Source of the DNA: Candidatus Heimdallarchaeota archaeon
GTDB taxonomy: Archaea > Asgardarchaeota > Heimdallarchaeia > Heimdallarchaeales > Heimdallarchaeaceae
DNA: 48,806 nt
NCBI GenBank assembly: GCA_030608385.1
Contig: JAUWEG010000003.1
Location: 1-48,806, forward strand
Direction: 5' to 3'
Shown piece by piece: positions 35,695 through 45,081 of this stretch. Positions within the stretch are counted from its first letter, which is position 1. The number at the start of each line of letters is the position of its first letter. The notes under the pieces are model-generated. The model was not told the origin of the DNA and did not search any database. It was given only the letters and a program-made list of their open reading frames with translations. The position numbers and the translations under genes are program-made.

Positions 35695-38600
35695 CTCTTA
35701 TATTTACTGAATTATCAATTCCTTTAAGCAGATAATTTCTTAGAAATACGAAAACCAAAAGCAAAGGAATTGTTACTAATATTGATGCAGCCGCAAATAA
35801 TCCCCATTCAGGAGAACTAGATTCAATAGACCCCAGAAAAGTGTATAGTTTGATGGGGAGAGTGTATTTTCCTGGTGACTGTAATAATACAAATGCCATC
35901 AGAAAACCATTCCATGTACTCAAGAAATTTAACAAGAATGTAATAGCTATCGCTGGTCCTGATAGTGGTAAAATGATTTTTCGAAGTACTCTAAATCGCG
36001 AATTTCCCATAACCATAGCAGATTCATCTAATTCCTTCGGAATTGAATCAATATACCCTTTTATTATCCATAATGCTAGTGGTATGGTGTGCGTGCTAAA
36101 GGCTAAAATTGCACCAATGTATGTGTCTATTAATCCTAAATTAAACATGATAAGATAAAATGGTATTAGTGTAAGGATGCCTGTGAACATTTTTAAAGCA
36201 AAAACACCAACCATCATCTCCTTCTTAGCTTTAATTGTGTATCTTGAAAATCCATAAGCTGCTAAAGCTGTTAAAATGACGCAAATACTTGCTGATCCTA
36301 ATGCAATGAGTAGCGAATTAGCAAAGTTCAAGTGAATACTTTCTTGAGTAAATAATCTTCTAAAATTATCTAAAGTAGGATTCTCCGGGAAAAACGAGGT
36401 TGGTACAGAACTATTGCCCCTCGAGAAAGCTATCCATATTATGTTCCAAAATGGAATAAGTGCCACAGCTGTAACTAGGAATAGGAAGAAAATGCTGTTT
36501 TTTGGTTTGGTTGCAATTTCATACGTTTTTGATAGGAGCTTGTTCTGTTTGAAATTAAACTGTGTGTGAATTCTAAGATAATTTAGAATAAACGTGAATG
36601 ATAATAAACTGATAGTTGTAACCCAACCTACTAGATTCCAACTTATAATTATTCCCGTCCAAAGTATTGGCTGCAATAGTATAGATAGTTTCACAAAGAA
36701 GTCTGAGACAAAACTAGCTAGTAAATAAATACCCAATAGTGCTAGAATAGTCCAAGGAAGCCAATTAGTCAATTTCAGCAGGATATTGGCCGTTAAGATA
36801 GTAGTAAACTGAATTAACAGTATGCCGTGAATTGAATTCAAATTAACTATTCTAGAATCAAGCTTTTGAAGAAAAATCCTAACACTTCTTTTTATTTGTT
36901 TGAACCAGATTATTATTTTTTCTCTTGGTTTGAATTCTACTTCTTCTGAATCATTTTTTCTTATATTTGAAACTATAAAAAACTCTAGAACAATAATGAA
37001 GATATTCCAATTCAAAGCATACCACATCTGATAGAAAAAGAATTGTGATAATGAAAGGGTTATATCTGCAATAAGCAACACTTTGAACCATTTGATTGAA
37101 ATGTTCTTTTTTGAAAGTATCAAAATTGCTGATATTAGATAGAAACCCGCAAGGACATAACTTAGTGCATCATTCCAATAAATACCAAAATATCTGAATC
37201 CCGTTAAACTTGAAGCTAAATACCCTGCTGATTGGAATAGGAAAAGAATGGGTAAAACATATTTATTGGTTGAAGTTTTTTTCTGACTAGATGGTATGTA
37301 AGAACTTTTTGTACCCTTTGACATCTTCACCCATATCAAAACAAAAAACAATGTCAGAAGACTCATGATTGTAGAGTATGCAGCTGCTATTCCAATCTCT
37401 CTTTGTTGATAGAACATATAAAATGTAAACGTGCTAAAGAGATCCGTGGCGCCTATGATTCCAGCTTCGTTTGACCCGTATGATAGAAGTGGATATCCGT
37501 TTGTTAGTAAAAATGCTACATTAAAGCTACCAAAAGTTTTGATAATTTCCAATATTATTGCTGGGAGAATAATAGGTTTGATTAAAGGGATTACGATTTT
37601 TCTTATTTTAGTTCTTTCCCGAATCTGATCAATATCCGCCATATCATTTAATTCTCTGGGAATACTGCTCAAACCTGCTAGAAATAATGTTGTTATCAGG
37701 GGAATTGAATCCCAAACCTCTACAAAGCATGCTATGAATAAAGCTACATAAGGTTGTGTCAAAAGATTCACATTCGTTCCAAATAGTGCATTAAAAAAGG
37801 ATATACTACCTGTACCGTGGAAGAATGTTCTCCAAGATAAGATTTTGATGTATGATGGGATTGCCCAAGGTAGATATAAGAACAAGTACCATAATTTCTT
37901 CCTTTTTACCTTATATTGAATAATATATGCTAAGATAAAACCTAGAACTATTTTTACAAAAATAATTAAGGTACTCCAAACTAAAGTAGTTGTGAAAGCT
38001 ATTGGAAGTTGAGGATTTTCAGTAATATGAGCATAATTACTGAATCCGGTAAAAACAGGTTGTTCTCCTCTTACAAGGTTGTAAGAGGTAAAAGATAGAA
38101 ATATGCCATATAAAATTGGATAAACTTCCAATAAAACGAGAGCCAATAAAGCTGGGAAGATGAATATATATGCAGTTTTATTGAACGGAACATCCCTCCT
38201 TGCAAAAAAGATGAAGATTGCAACAAATAAAATGACAATAACTAGTAGTGATAGAGAAGTAGCCAACTTTGAGTAGTGTAATTGATCCTCCTGACTTTGG
38301 AGAGTCTCAATTTGTTCTGATTCCCAATGAAGTTCTTCACTCACTTGTTGAATGATTTGCATTTCTGCATAATCTACGAAAGTTGCATTAACGAGATATA
38401 TTGAGAATTGGTATAATTGCGATGGTAAAAGTCCTGTAATTCTTGCATGAATCGCATCTGATTCATTACTAACAATGTAGACTGTGAAGTTAAAAGTAAT
38501 CCTCTTTTGTGCAAGAAAATTTGAGTCAGATATAGTATAATTCACTGGAGAGAAATAGTTTTCTTCTCTTTCTACACTTTGATTAAGAAAAATAAAAGAC

Positions 38601-38842
38601 CATGTATGATTGAAGCCTGTTTCGTTTCTATAATCAATTCTAAATCCATTAAAAAGGGAATTATCTGGAACTGACCAATTAAGTAGAACATACCTATCTT
38701 GGATATCAGTAATAGACACATTATCGTTTTGAGCTCTAATTTTGTTTGATGCGGGAGATTGGGCGAAAAGAAGAATTCCAATTAAGATTATAGCTGTAAG
38801 TAAGCTGATTTTGAAATTCTTTGTTAGTTTAATTTTCCTCAT
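35687..38842 (-). CDS. fused ABC sugar-type permease (MalF/UgpA-like + MalG/UgpE-like) with N-terminal FN3-like ectodomain and inserted polytopic module
   Basis: Two EAA-loop regions are present: SSIPRELNDMADIDQIRERTKIRKIVIPLIKP and DSIPKELDESAMVMGNSRFRVLRKIILPLSGP. The N-terminus has a signal anchor and a beta-rich domain (YVLLNWSVP...GLLPSQLYQFSIYLVN). GGTGA lies 5 nt before the ATG at 38842; the GTG at 38851 is inside the SD/stop overlap. Confidence 0.85.
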   Translation of the reverse strand: MRKIKLTKNFKISLLTAIILIGILLFAQSPASNKIRAQNDNVSITDIQDRYVLLNWSVPDNSLFNGFRIDYRNETGFNHTWSFIFLNQSVEREENYFSPVNYTISDSNFLAQKRITFNFTVYIVSNESDAIHARITGLLPSQLYQFSIYLVNATFVDYAEMQIIQQVSEELHWESEQIETLQSQEDQLHYSKLATSLSLLVIVILFVAIFIFFARRDVPFNKTAYIFIFPALLALVLLEVYPILYGIFLSFTSYNLVRGEQPVFTGFSNYAHITENPQLPIAFTTTLVWSTLIIFVKIVLGFILAYIIQYKVKRKKLWYLFLYLPWAIPSYIKILSWRTFFHGTGSISFFNALFGTNVNLLTQPYVALFIACFVEVWDSIPLITTLFLAGLSSIPRELNDMADIDQIRERTKIRKIVIPLIKPIILPAIILEIIKTFGSFNVAFLLTNGYPLLSYGSNEAGIIGATDLFSTFTFYMFYQQREIGIAAAYSTIMSLLTLFFVLIWVKMSKGTKSSYIPSSQKKTSTNKYVLPILFLFQSAGYLASSLTGFRYFGIYWNDALSYVLAGFYLISAILILSKKNISIKWFKVLLIADITLSLSQFFFYQMWYALNWNIFIIVLEFFIVSNIRKNDSEEVEFKPREKIIIWFKQIKRSVRIFLQKLDSRIVNLNSIHGILLIQFTTILTANILLKLTNWLPWTILALLGIYLLASFVSDFFVKLSILLQPILWTGIIISWNLVGWVTTISLLSFTFILNYLRIHTQFNFKQNKLLSKTYEIATKPKNSIFFLFLVTAVALIPFWNIIWIAFSRGNSSVPTSFFPENPTLDNFRRLFTQESIHLNFANSLLIALGSASICVILTALAAYGFSRYTIKAKKEMMVGVFALKMFTGILTLIPFYLIMFNLGLIDTYIGAILAFSTHTIPLALWIIKGYIDSIPKELDESAMVMGNSRFRVLRKIILPLSGPAIAITFLLNFLSTWNGFLMAFVLLQSPGKYTLPIKLYTFLGSIESSSPEWGLFAAASILVTIPLLLVFVFLRNYLLKGIDNSVNIRDV

Positions 38843-38847
38843 TAAGC

Positions 38848-40089
38848 TCACCTATTAGCGTCTATACCTGCTTGAGCATCATCAAGAGAACTTTGAATGT
38901 TTTCGTGATTTAACAATATGAACTGTAATGCTGCTCTCATAAAATCAGAATAATAATTGTAGATGGGATCCATAGGATAATATTGACTATTTTCAATTTG
39001 TTTAATTTGAGTTAAAATTAATTGCTCGTTTTGAACAGTTGGAGAATATATTGTTTCAATTAATGTAGGAACCTTGTATTCAATTGAAACCAGCTCTTTT
39101 TGAACTTCATCTGATGTTAAGAATAAGAGAATATCATAACAAATATCCGGATAGAGCGTATCCTTTGATATTCCCCATCCTTTAATTTCAACCATTGGAG
39201 AAATTCTTTTATCAGTAGAAGATATAATTGGAAGAATCTGAACTCCATAATTTGTTCCTATTTCATTTAAAGATGGGATATACCAACCTCCATAAATCAG
39301 CATTGCTCCTTTGTTTGTAATGAATGCTTGAGTAGCTGAATGGCTGGTGTCATCATGACCTACACACCTCTCCACATATTTTAAGTTGTAAATGAATTCC
39401 ATTGCATTTCTAGACGCGGTGTCATTTACTATGATAGAGTTATTCTGATATAATGGTCCATGACCAAAACCTGACTGAAAAGCTGGCCACATATAAGGAG
39501 ATAATGTTCCCCATACAAGTCCATACTCCTGATTTATAGAGCGATCAGTCATATTAACAGCTGCTTCTACGAATTCTATGTCTGTCCAGTTTTCTTGAGG
39601 GTAAGGCTGACTATTTTGATCAAAAACATCCTTGTTATAAAATAATAAAATTGAATCATACCATAAAGGCAATCCCCAAAGTTCGTTCTTGTAACTTAAA
39701 CTATTAATTGCTGAAGGGAGATATTTCGCTTCGTCTGTAGGAGAAAGAAAATTAGTTAGAGAACGGATATACTCTAGCTCCGTAAGTTCCCCAAACCAAG
39801 CCCCCTTACCAAGGAAGATGTCAGGAGCATCACCTGTCTGCGCTACACTAATGAACTTGTCTAACCACCCAGAAGAAGGTTGCTCAATAAGATTAATGTT
39901 GATGTCTGGATGCTCTAGCTCATACTTTTCTATAGCCTTTGCTATGACCTGAATACCTTCATATGTGTACCATAAATCTATCTCAATGTCTTTTTGTGGT
40001 CCCTGATAAAAGCTAAAATAAAACGCAGGGATTATAACTCCAAGTACTGCAATAGAAACTGCTATAATTTTTACATACTTGGAGACCAT
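38848..40089 (-). CDS. ABC transporter extracellular solute-binding protein, family 1 (sugar-type)
   Basis: It has an N-terminal TM/signal anchor and is about 410 aa with family-1 SBP-like sequence (DIFLGKGAWFGEL, WGLPLWYDSILLFYNKDVF). It is the first gene of the SBP-permease-ATPase operon. Confidence 0.8.
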   Translation of the reverse strand: MVSKYVKIIAVSIAVLGVIIPAFYFSFYQGPQKDIEIDLWYTYEGIQVIAKAIEKYELEHPDININLIEQPSSGWLDKFISVAQTGDAPDIFLGKGAWFGELTELEYIRSLTNFLSPTDEAKYLPSAINSLSYKNELWGLPLWYDSILLFYNKDVFDQNSQPYPQENWTDIEFVEAAVNMTDRSINQEYGLVWGTLSPYMWPAFQSGFGHGPLYQNNSIIVNDTASRNAMEFIYNLKYVERCVGHDDTSHSATQAFITNKGAMLIYGGWYIPSLNEIGTNYGVQILPIISSTDKRISPMVEIKGWGISKDTLYPDICYDILLFLTSDEVQKELVSIEYKVPTLIETIYSPTVQNEQLILTQIKQIENSQYYPMDPIYNYYSDFMRAALQFILLNHENIQSSLDDAQAGIDANR

Positions 40090-40209
40090 CTTGTATATTC
40101 CTTCTAAATTCTCTTTTTATTGTTTTGCGTTTAATTGTAAGAAAATGATGTTTCTATTCAATTTCTTTGTCTATTAATTTATAAATTAAAGTTCTGTCAG
40201 TTAATAAAA

Positions 40210-40216
40210 TTTATAT
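40210..40216 (+). promoter_or_regulatory. archaeal TATA box for the leaderless 40240 gene
   Basis: TTTATAT lies 30 nt upstream of the ATG at 40240, the same spacing as at 7821/7850. Confidence 0.35.
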
Positions 40217-40239
40217 CACGAATACAGATAAATTTACTC

Positions 40240-41238
40240 ATGAGTAGCAAAGTCAGTACAATTTTTATTGGTATAATTTCAGTTTTAATTCTTACAGGAG
40301 CTGGTTTAGGCATATATTTTGGTGCGTTTTATGAGCAGATTCCTGATACAAATGTTGTCTTGACTCTCCAAGGATCAAGTTCTACAAAGAATTATACAAT
40401 GACCGAAATCAGGGATTTTGTTAATATTACAGGATATGCTGGTTATAGAAAATCCACTGGCACACTAGTAGGACCAAATCTCTACAAAGGTGTAGAAATA
40501 TCAACTCTTCTAAACGATGTAGGGGGGTTAGCTGGTGGAGAGGAGCTTGAGATAGTATCTAGTGATAATTATAAAGTCATTTTTACATATGATATGCTTC
40601 AAGGACATTTTCCTGCTTATGATAGTACTACTGGGGATTACTTAGGCGTAGGAAATTTTAGTATTATTTTAGCATATGAAATGGATGGGGGGAACTTAGA
40701 TCCGGGTGATGGAAAACTAAGAGTTGCTGCTGTAGCTGAGGATGGAGAAATGTATCTATCTGATGGTTCACCATGGGTAAAAGATGTAGTAGAACTTAAT
40801 GTCATAACTCTAAGTTCATGGATTGTTTATTTGTATGGAATAACTAACGATAGTATAGATAAGCCTACCTTTGAAGCGTTTATGCATTTCAATGAAGGAG
40901 AAAATAGATTGTTTTACCAAGTACAAGAAGGAGATAGATTTAACACATACGAAGGCTTAGCTTTATGGAGAATAATTGCAATAATTGATGGAGGTGCTAC
41001 TGATTCCTTTAATGACTCACTTGCAGCATCTGGTTATAATATTATTCTCAAAAATTCTTTAGGTGAAACTGTTAATCTGAATGCAGTAGATATTGCAAGA
41101 AATGATAGTATTATATTAGCTGCTGAGAAAAATGCGGTCTTTCTAAGCGGAAGTGACGCCCCATTAAAATTGGTTGGACCTGGTGTAGTTTCTCTAGAAA
41201 TGATTGGAGGAATTATTGAAATCAGATTGGGCTTATAA
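40240..41238 (+). CDS. membrane-anchored protein with two sulfite-oxidase/YedY-like (Moco-binding fold) domains, Cys-free
   Basis: An N-terminal TM anchor is followed by two domains. Domain 1 is ILAYEMDGGNLDPGDGKLRVAAV...WVKDVVELNV. Domain 2 is ILAAEKNAVFLSGSDAPLKLVGPG...IIEIRL. Both resemble the LAYEMNG.PL...G.PLRLVVPG motif. TTTATAT lies 30 nt upstream of the ATG. Confidence 0.5.
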   Translation: MSSKVSTIFIGIISVLILTGAGLGIYFGAFYEQIPDTNVVLTLQGSSSTKNYTMTEIRDFVNITGYAGYRKSTGTLVGPNLYKGVEISTLLNDVGGLAGGEELEIVSSDNYKVIFTYDMLQGHFPAYDSTTGDYLGVGNFSIILAYEMDGGNLDPGDGKLRVAAVAEDGEMYLSDGSPWVKDVVELNVITLSSWIVYLYGITNDSIDKPTFEAFMHFNEGENRLFYQVQEGDRFNTYEGLALWRIIAIIDGGATDSFNDSLAASGYNIILKNSLGETVNLNAVDIARNDSIILAAEKNAVFLSGSDAPLKLVGPGVVSLEMIGGIIEIRLGL

Positions 41239-41330
41239 TTGAGTTTAATGGTATGATGTCTCCAATCCTTATTGTTAAATATGGCACTTTATATAGCCAA
41301 AAATAATATCTGAAACAGAGTGGGGAAAGA

Positions 41331-43253
41331 ATGATTGAAAATAATTCAGACCTTCTTACTGGAGAGTTTTTTGATCCAGTTATGGTTAAATATAGTAAAA
41401 AAAGCCATTTCAAGTGGGTAATCAGTCATGTTCTAGCCCATAAAGGTATGATTGCCTTATTTTTTCTTTTTGCCACAATAAGCGCAGCAATAGCCGCTAT
41501 TTCTCCAGTTATACTTGGAAAATTAATTACAGAAATTTTGGATTCTTTTGGAATTTGGGATCGAATCACATTTTTCGCGTTTATAATTCTAATATTAACA
41601 ATAATAAGTGGTATTGCTAGCTTTGCTTCTGGTTTAATTATCGAAGTGACATCTCAAAGGGTTGAAAGAGATATTAGAGATGAATATTATGCTTCCATGC
41701 TATCTAAATCAATGACCTTCCATGATGAAGTTAAAGCAGGTGACGTTATGGCCAGGGCTACCTTTGATACTAGAATGGTAAATTTCTTTGTCAATCCAGT
41801 AATCCATTTAGCATATGCTGCAGTTTTTGGGGTTTTATTTACGATAGGAACAATGTTCCTCATAACTCCCTATTGGAATGGTCTTCCAGTCCTCATTATT
41901 ATACCGGTAATCATTGCTTTCCCAATTTTCTTTTTCGCTAGAAGATTTTACAAATCAGTAGGTCCAATATCAATGCAGATACAAGCATCCTACTCCAGTC
42001 TTTCTGCTTATTTGCAGGAGAAATTACTAGGAATTAGTGTTATCAAAACATTTGCTCGAGAACCATTCGAAAGAGTTTCATTCAGAGAAAAAAATGATAA
42101 ACTATCAGAAGAAATTATTACAAGAGGAAAATTAAGATCCAAATATTATCCCGTATTATTTGTGGGTATGGGCGTTGGGCTCTCAATTCTATGGGGGAGT
42201 TTACTAATAAATTGGGGTATAGGAAATCCTGTTACTTCAGTTTTATGGAATCAAGAAATTTTATTAGCTGGAGGGGGATCTGTATCGGGATTTGGTATCG
42301 GCGAATTGATAACTTATTCTCTTTTAGCAGGAAATCTCTTCTTTCCAATTTGGGTGATGTCGTGGATGTTAGTTCTTGTTCAAATGGGATTTGCTGGAGC
42401 TGATAGAATTGTCGACATTCTAACTAAAGAAGCGATTATCCCCGCACCTGAGCAACCTATTATGCTAGAATCACTAAATGGGAATATAGAATTTAGAGAT
42501 ATAGCTTTCGCTTATGAAGGTGAAACAAAAGTTTTGAAGAATGTATCTTTTTCAGTTCCTTCAGGCAGTAGAGTTGCGATAGTAGGACCAGCAGGGTGTG
42601 GTAAAACTACGTTAATGAAACTTCTAACAAGATTGTATGATGTAGAATCTGGCAGTGTAGAAATCGATGGCATAAATGTTAAGCAGTTGTCTTTTGATAC
42701 TATAAGACAAAACATTGGTGTAATTGAACAAGATATCGTATTATTTTCAGCCACAATTAAAGAAAATATTTCATATGGAAAACCTGATGCAACTGATGAT
42801 GAAATCTTTCAAGCTGCTAGAATGGCTCAAGCTGAAGAATTTATTGAGAAATTCGATCAAGGTTACGACACTATTGTAGGTGAAAGAGGTACGACACTTA
42901 GTGGAGGGCAAAAACAACGAGTAGCAATTGCTCGAATGTTGCTTGCTAATCCAAAGATACTTGTTTTTGACGATGCTAGTTCTGCAGTAGATTCCGAAAC
43001 TGAAGACAAAATCAATACTGCTATTAATAGAGTGTTAAAGGATCGAACTAGTTTTGTTATCACTCATAGATTATCAACAATAAGACATTCAGACATTATT
43101 GTTGTTTTGAAGCAGGGAGAAGTGAAAGCAATAGGTTCTCATGATCAATTGTTGAAGGAATCTGTAGATTACTGGAGAGTTTTTGCCAGATTCTCTGAAA
43201 TACGAAAAATGATGCCCGAGCAAATGAAAACTGAACTATATGAGGGTGAATGA
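41331..43253 (+). CDS. ABC exporter fused TMD-NBD half-transporter (type IV/MdlA-like), degenerate Walker B
   Basis: A six-TM domain precedes an NBD with Walker A GPAGCGKTT, signature LSGGQKQRV, and Walker B ILVFDDASS, where Asp replaces the catalytic Glu. Confidence 0.9.
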   Translation: MIENNSDLLTGEFFDPVMVKYSKKSHFKWVISHVLAHKGMIALFFLFATISAAIAAISPVILGKLITEILDSFGIWDRITFFAFIILILTIISGIASFASGLIIEVTSQRVERDIRDEYYASMLSKSMTFHDEVKAGDVMARATFDTRMVNFFVNPVIHLAYAAVFGVLFTIGTMFLITPYWNGLPVLIIIPVIIAFPIFFFARRFYKSVGPISMQIQASYSSLSAYLQEKLLGISVIKTFAREPFERVSFREKNDKLSEEIITRGKLRSKYYPVLFVGMGVGLSILWGSLLINWGIGNPVTSVLWNQEILLAGGGSVSGFGIGELITYSLLAGNLFFPIWVMSWMLVLVQMGFAGADRIVDILTKEAIIPAPEQPIMLESLNGNIEFRDIAFAYEGETKVLKNVSFSVPSGSRVAIVGPAGCGKTTLMKLLTRLYDVESGSVEIDGINVKQLSFDTIRQNIGVIEQDIVLFSATIKENISYGKPDATDDEIFQAARMAQAEEFIEKFDQGYDTIVGERGTTLSGGQKQRVAIARMLLANPKILVFDDASSAVDSETEDKINTAINRVLKDRTSFVITHRLSTIRHSDIIVVLKQGEVKAIGSHDQLLKESVDYWRVFARFSEIRKMMPEQMKTELYEGE

Positions 43254-45075
43254 AGCGATGGGATTTATACAAGAATTACCAGATGACAAATACGATAGAA
43301 AATATGGCGACATCTATCTGTTTAAGCGATTATTTGGTTACATTGCTAAGCATGACATGAAAACTTTCATAACAGTTCTAGCATGGATGATTCTTCAAAC
43401 AGGTGCAACTATAGGAATTCCATTTTTCATAAGATTTATAATTGAAGGAGTACAAGATGGCGATTTCAATGTTGTTTTTTATTTAGAAACAGCTGCAGTA
43501 ATAGTTCTATATGGTTTGTTTTGGTTTGCTCAATATAGAGCACTTTACAAAAGTTCAAGCTTAACAGGAGAAATGCTAAGGAGAGTAAGAAAAGATAGTT
43601 TTGAAACACTACTTAGTAATGATATGAACTTCTATGATGAAAACAAAAGTGGAAAACTTGTAAGTCGTGTTACAAGTGATTCTGATACAATTTCCCAAAT
43701 GGTTCAAATAACTACCTCATTTCTAATTAACATCCTAGTAATGTTAGTTGTTATTATCATATTGTTTGTCACTGATGTTAGACTTGCAGGAATTACATTA
43801 GCAATTGTACCACTCCTTTTTGGTCTAGGAATTGGAATCAGACTTTTCTCAAGAAAAACATCAAAGAATTGGAGAAAAACTATTGCTATTCTTAATGCAA
43901 ATGTTGCAGAATCAATATCTGGTATTGAAGTAACAAAAAGCTTCAATCAAGAAAAAGAAGCTTTTGAAAGATTCAAAGGAATTAATATGAGGAATTATCG
44001 TGCAGCATATGTCAGAGCATGGGGTATGAGTATTTTCTTCCCAATAATTGAAACATTATTTGGTGTTGGAACCTTCTTGGTACTTTACTTTGGAGGAAAA
44101 ATAACTTTCCAAATAGGTGATCTAACTGTTGCTACTCTTTATTTCTTCATTTTAATGTTGAACAGATTCTTCATGCCTTTGTTGGAAATTACTCGATTCT
44201 TCAACCAATTTGAAGCGGGTTTGGCTGCAGTAGAAAGGATTTTTAGCTTGATGGATAGTAAACCAAAAGTTATCGAAGATCCTAATCCTTTACCTGTTCC
44301 AAAACTTACTGGGAAAATTGATTTCAACAATATAACCTTCTACTATAATGAAAAAGAACCGTTATACAAAGATTTTACTCTATCAATTCCACCAGCAGAG
44401 ACTGTTGCTATAGCTGGAAGAACTGGTGCTGGAAAAAGTACTTTAGTTTCCTTAATTGCTCGTTTTTATGATGTTGTAGATGGATCGATTATAGTAGATG
44501 GTACAGACATTCGAAAATACGTCATGCAAGACTACAGAAATCAAATAGGAATAGTTCTGCAAGACAATATCCTTTTCAGCGGTTCGATAGAAGAAAATAT
44601 CCGTTATGGAAAGCTAGATGCAACAAGAGAAGAAATAGAAAAAGCAGCAAAGAGTGTTCATGCTTGGGAATTTATTCAGAGTTTACCTCAAGGATTAGAT
44701 ACAGAAGTAGGAGAAAAAGGGACAAAATTATCCGCTGGACAAAAACAACTTGTTGCTTTTGCTCGAGCATTGCTATCAGACCCTAGAATTCTTATTTTAG
44801 ATGAAGCTACAGCTGCAATTGATGCTTATACTGAATCTCTTATTCAAGAAGCTCTGAAGGTTTTACTCAAAGATAGAACAGCAATTATTATTGCTCATCG
44901 TTTAACAACTGTAGAGAATGCAGATAGAATTATAGTCATTGATGATGCTCAAATCGTTGAAGAGGGTAGCCATCATCAGTTAATGGATAAGAAGGGTAAA
45001 TATTGGCAACTTTATGATATGTATTTCAGACATCAATCTCTTGAATATGTTGAACATGCAGCTGAGCTTCTATAA
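43240..45075 (+). CDS. ABC exporter fused TMD-NBD half-transporter (MdlB-like), partner subunit
   Basis: It has Walker A GRTGAGKST, a non-canonical signature LSAGQKQLV and a canonical Walker B ILILDEATAAID. The start is either 43240, overlapping the upstream gene by 14 nt, or 43258. Confidence 0.9.
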   Translation: MRVNEAMGFIQELPDDKYDRKYGDIYLFKRLFGYIAKHDMKTFITVLAWMILQTGATIGIPFFIRFIIEGVQDGDFNVVFYLETAAVIVLYGLFWFAQYRALYKSSSLTGEMLRRVRKDSFETLLSNDMNFYDENKSGKLVSRVTSDSDTISQMVQITTSFLINILVMLVVIIILFVTDVRLAGITLAIVPLLFGLGIGIRLFSRKTSKNWRKTIAILNANVAESISGIEVTKSFNQEKEAFERFKGINMRNYRAAYVRAWGMSIFFPIIETLFGVGTFLVLYFGGKITFQIGDLTVATLYFFILMLNRFFMPLLEITRFFNQFEAGLAAVERIFSLMDSKPKVIEDPNPLPVPKLTGKIDFNNITFYYNEKEPLYKDFTLSIPPAETVAIAGRTGAGKSTLVSLIARFYDVVDGSIIVDGTDIRKYVMQDYRNQIGIVLQDNILFSGSIEENIRYGKLDATREEIEKAAKSVHAWEFIQSLPQGLDTEVGEKGTKLSAGQKQLVAFARALLSDPRILILDEATAAIDAYTESLIQEALKVLLKDRTAIIIAHRLTTVENADRIIVIDDAQIVEEGSHHQLMDKKGKYWQLYDMYFRHQSLEYVEHAAELL

Positions 45076-45081
45076 TTCTAC

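Noticed and set aside
35841-36158. Antisense ORFs within the transporter, dnaK, psd and ABC exporter genes. Examples: 35841-36158, 37431-37628, 8905-9216, 9032-9253, 2959-3195, 3275-3478, 42512-42754, 43704-43946.
   Set aside because: Each is nested in a gene with clear family motifs on the other strand. None has start signals or recognisable motifs.
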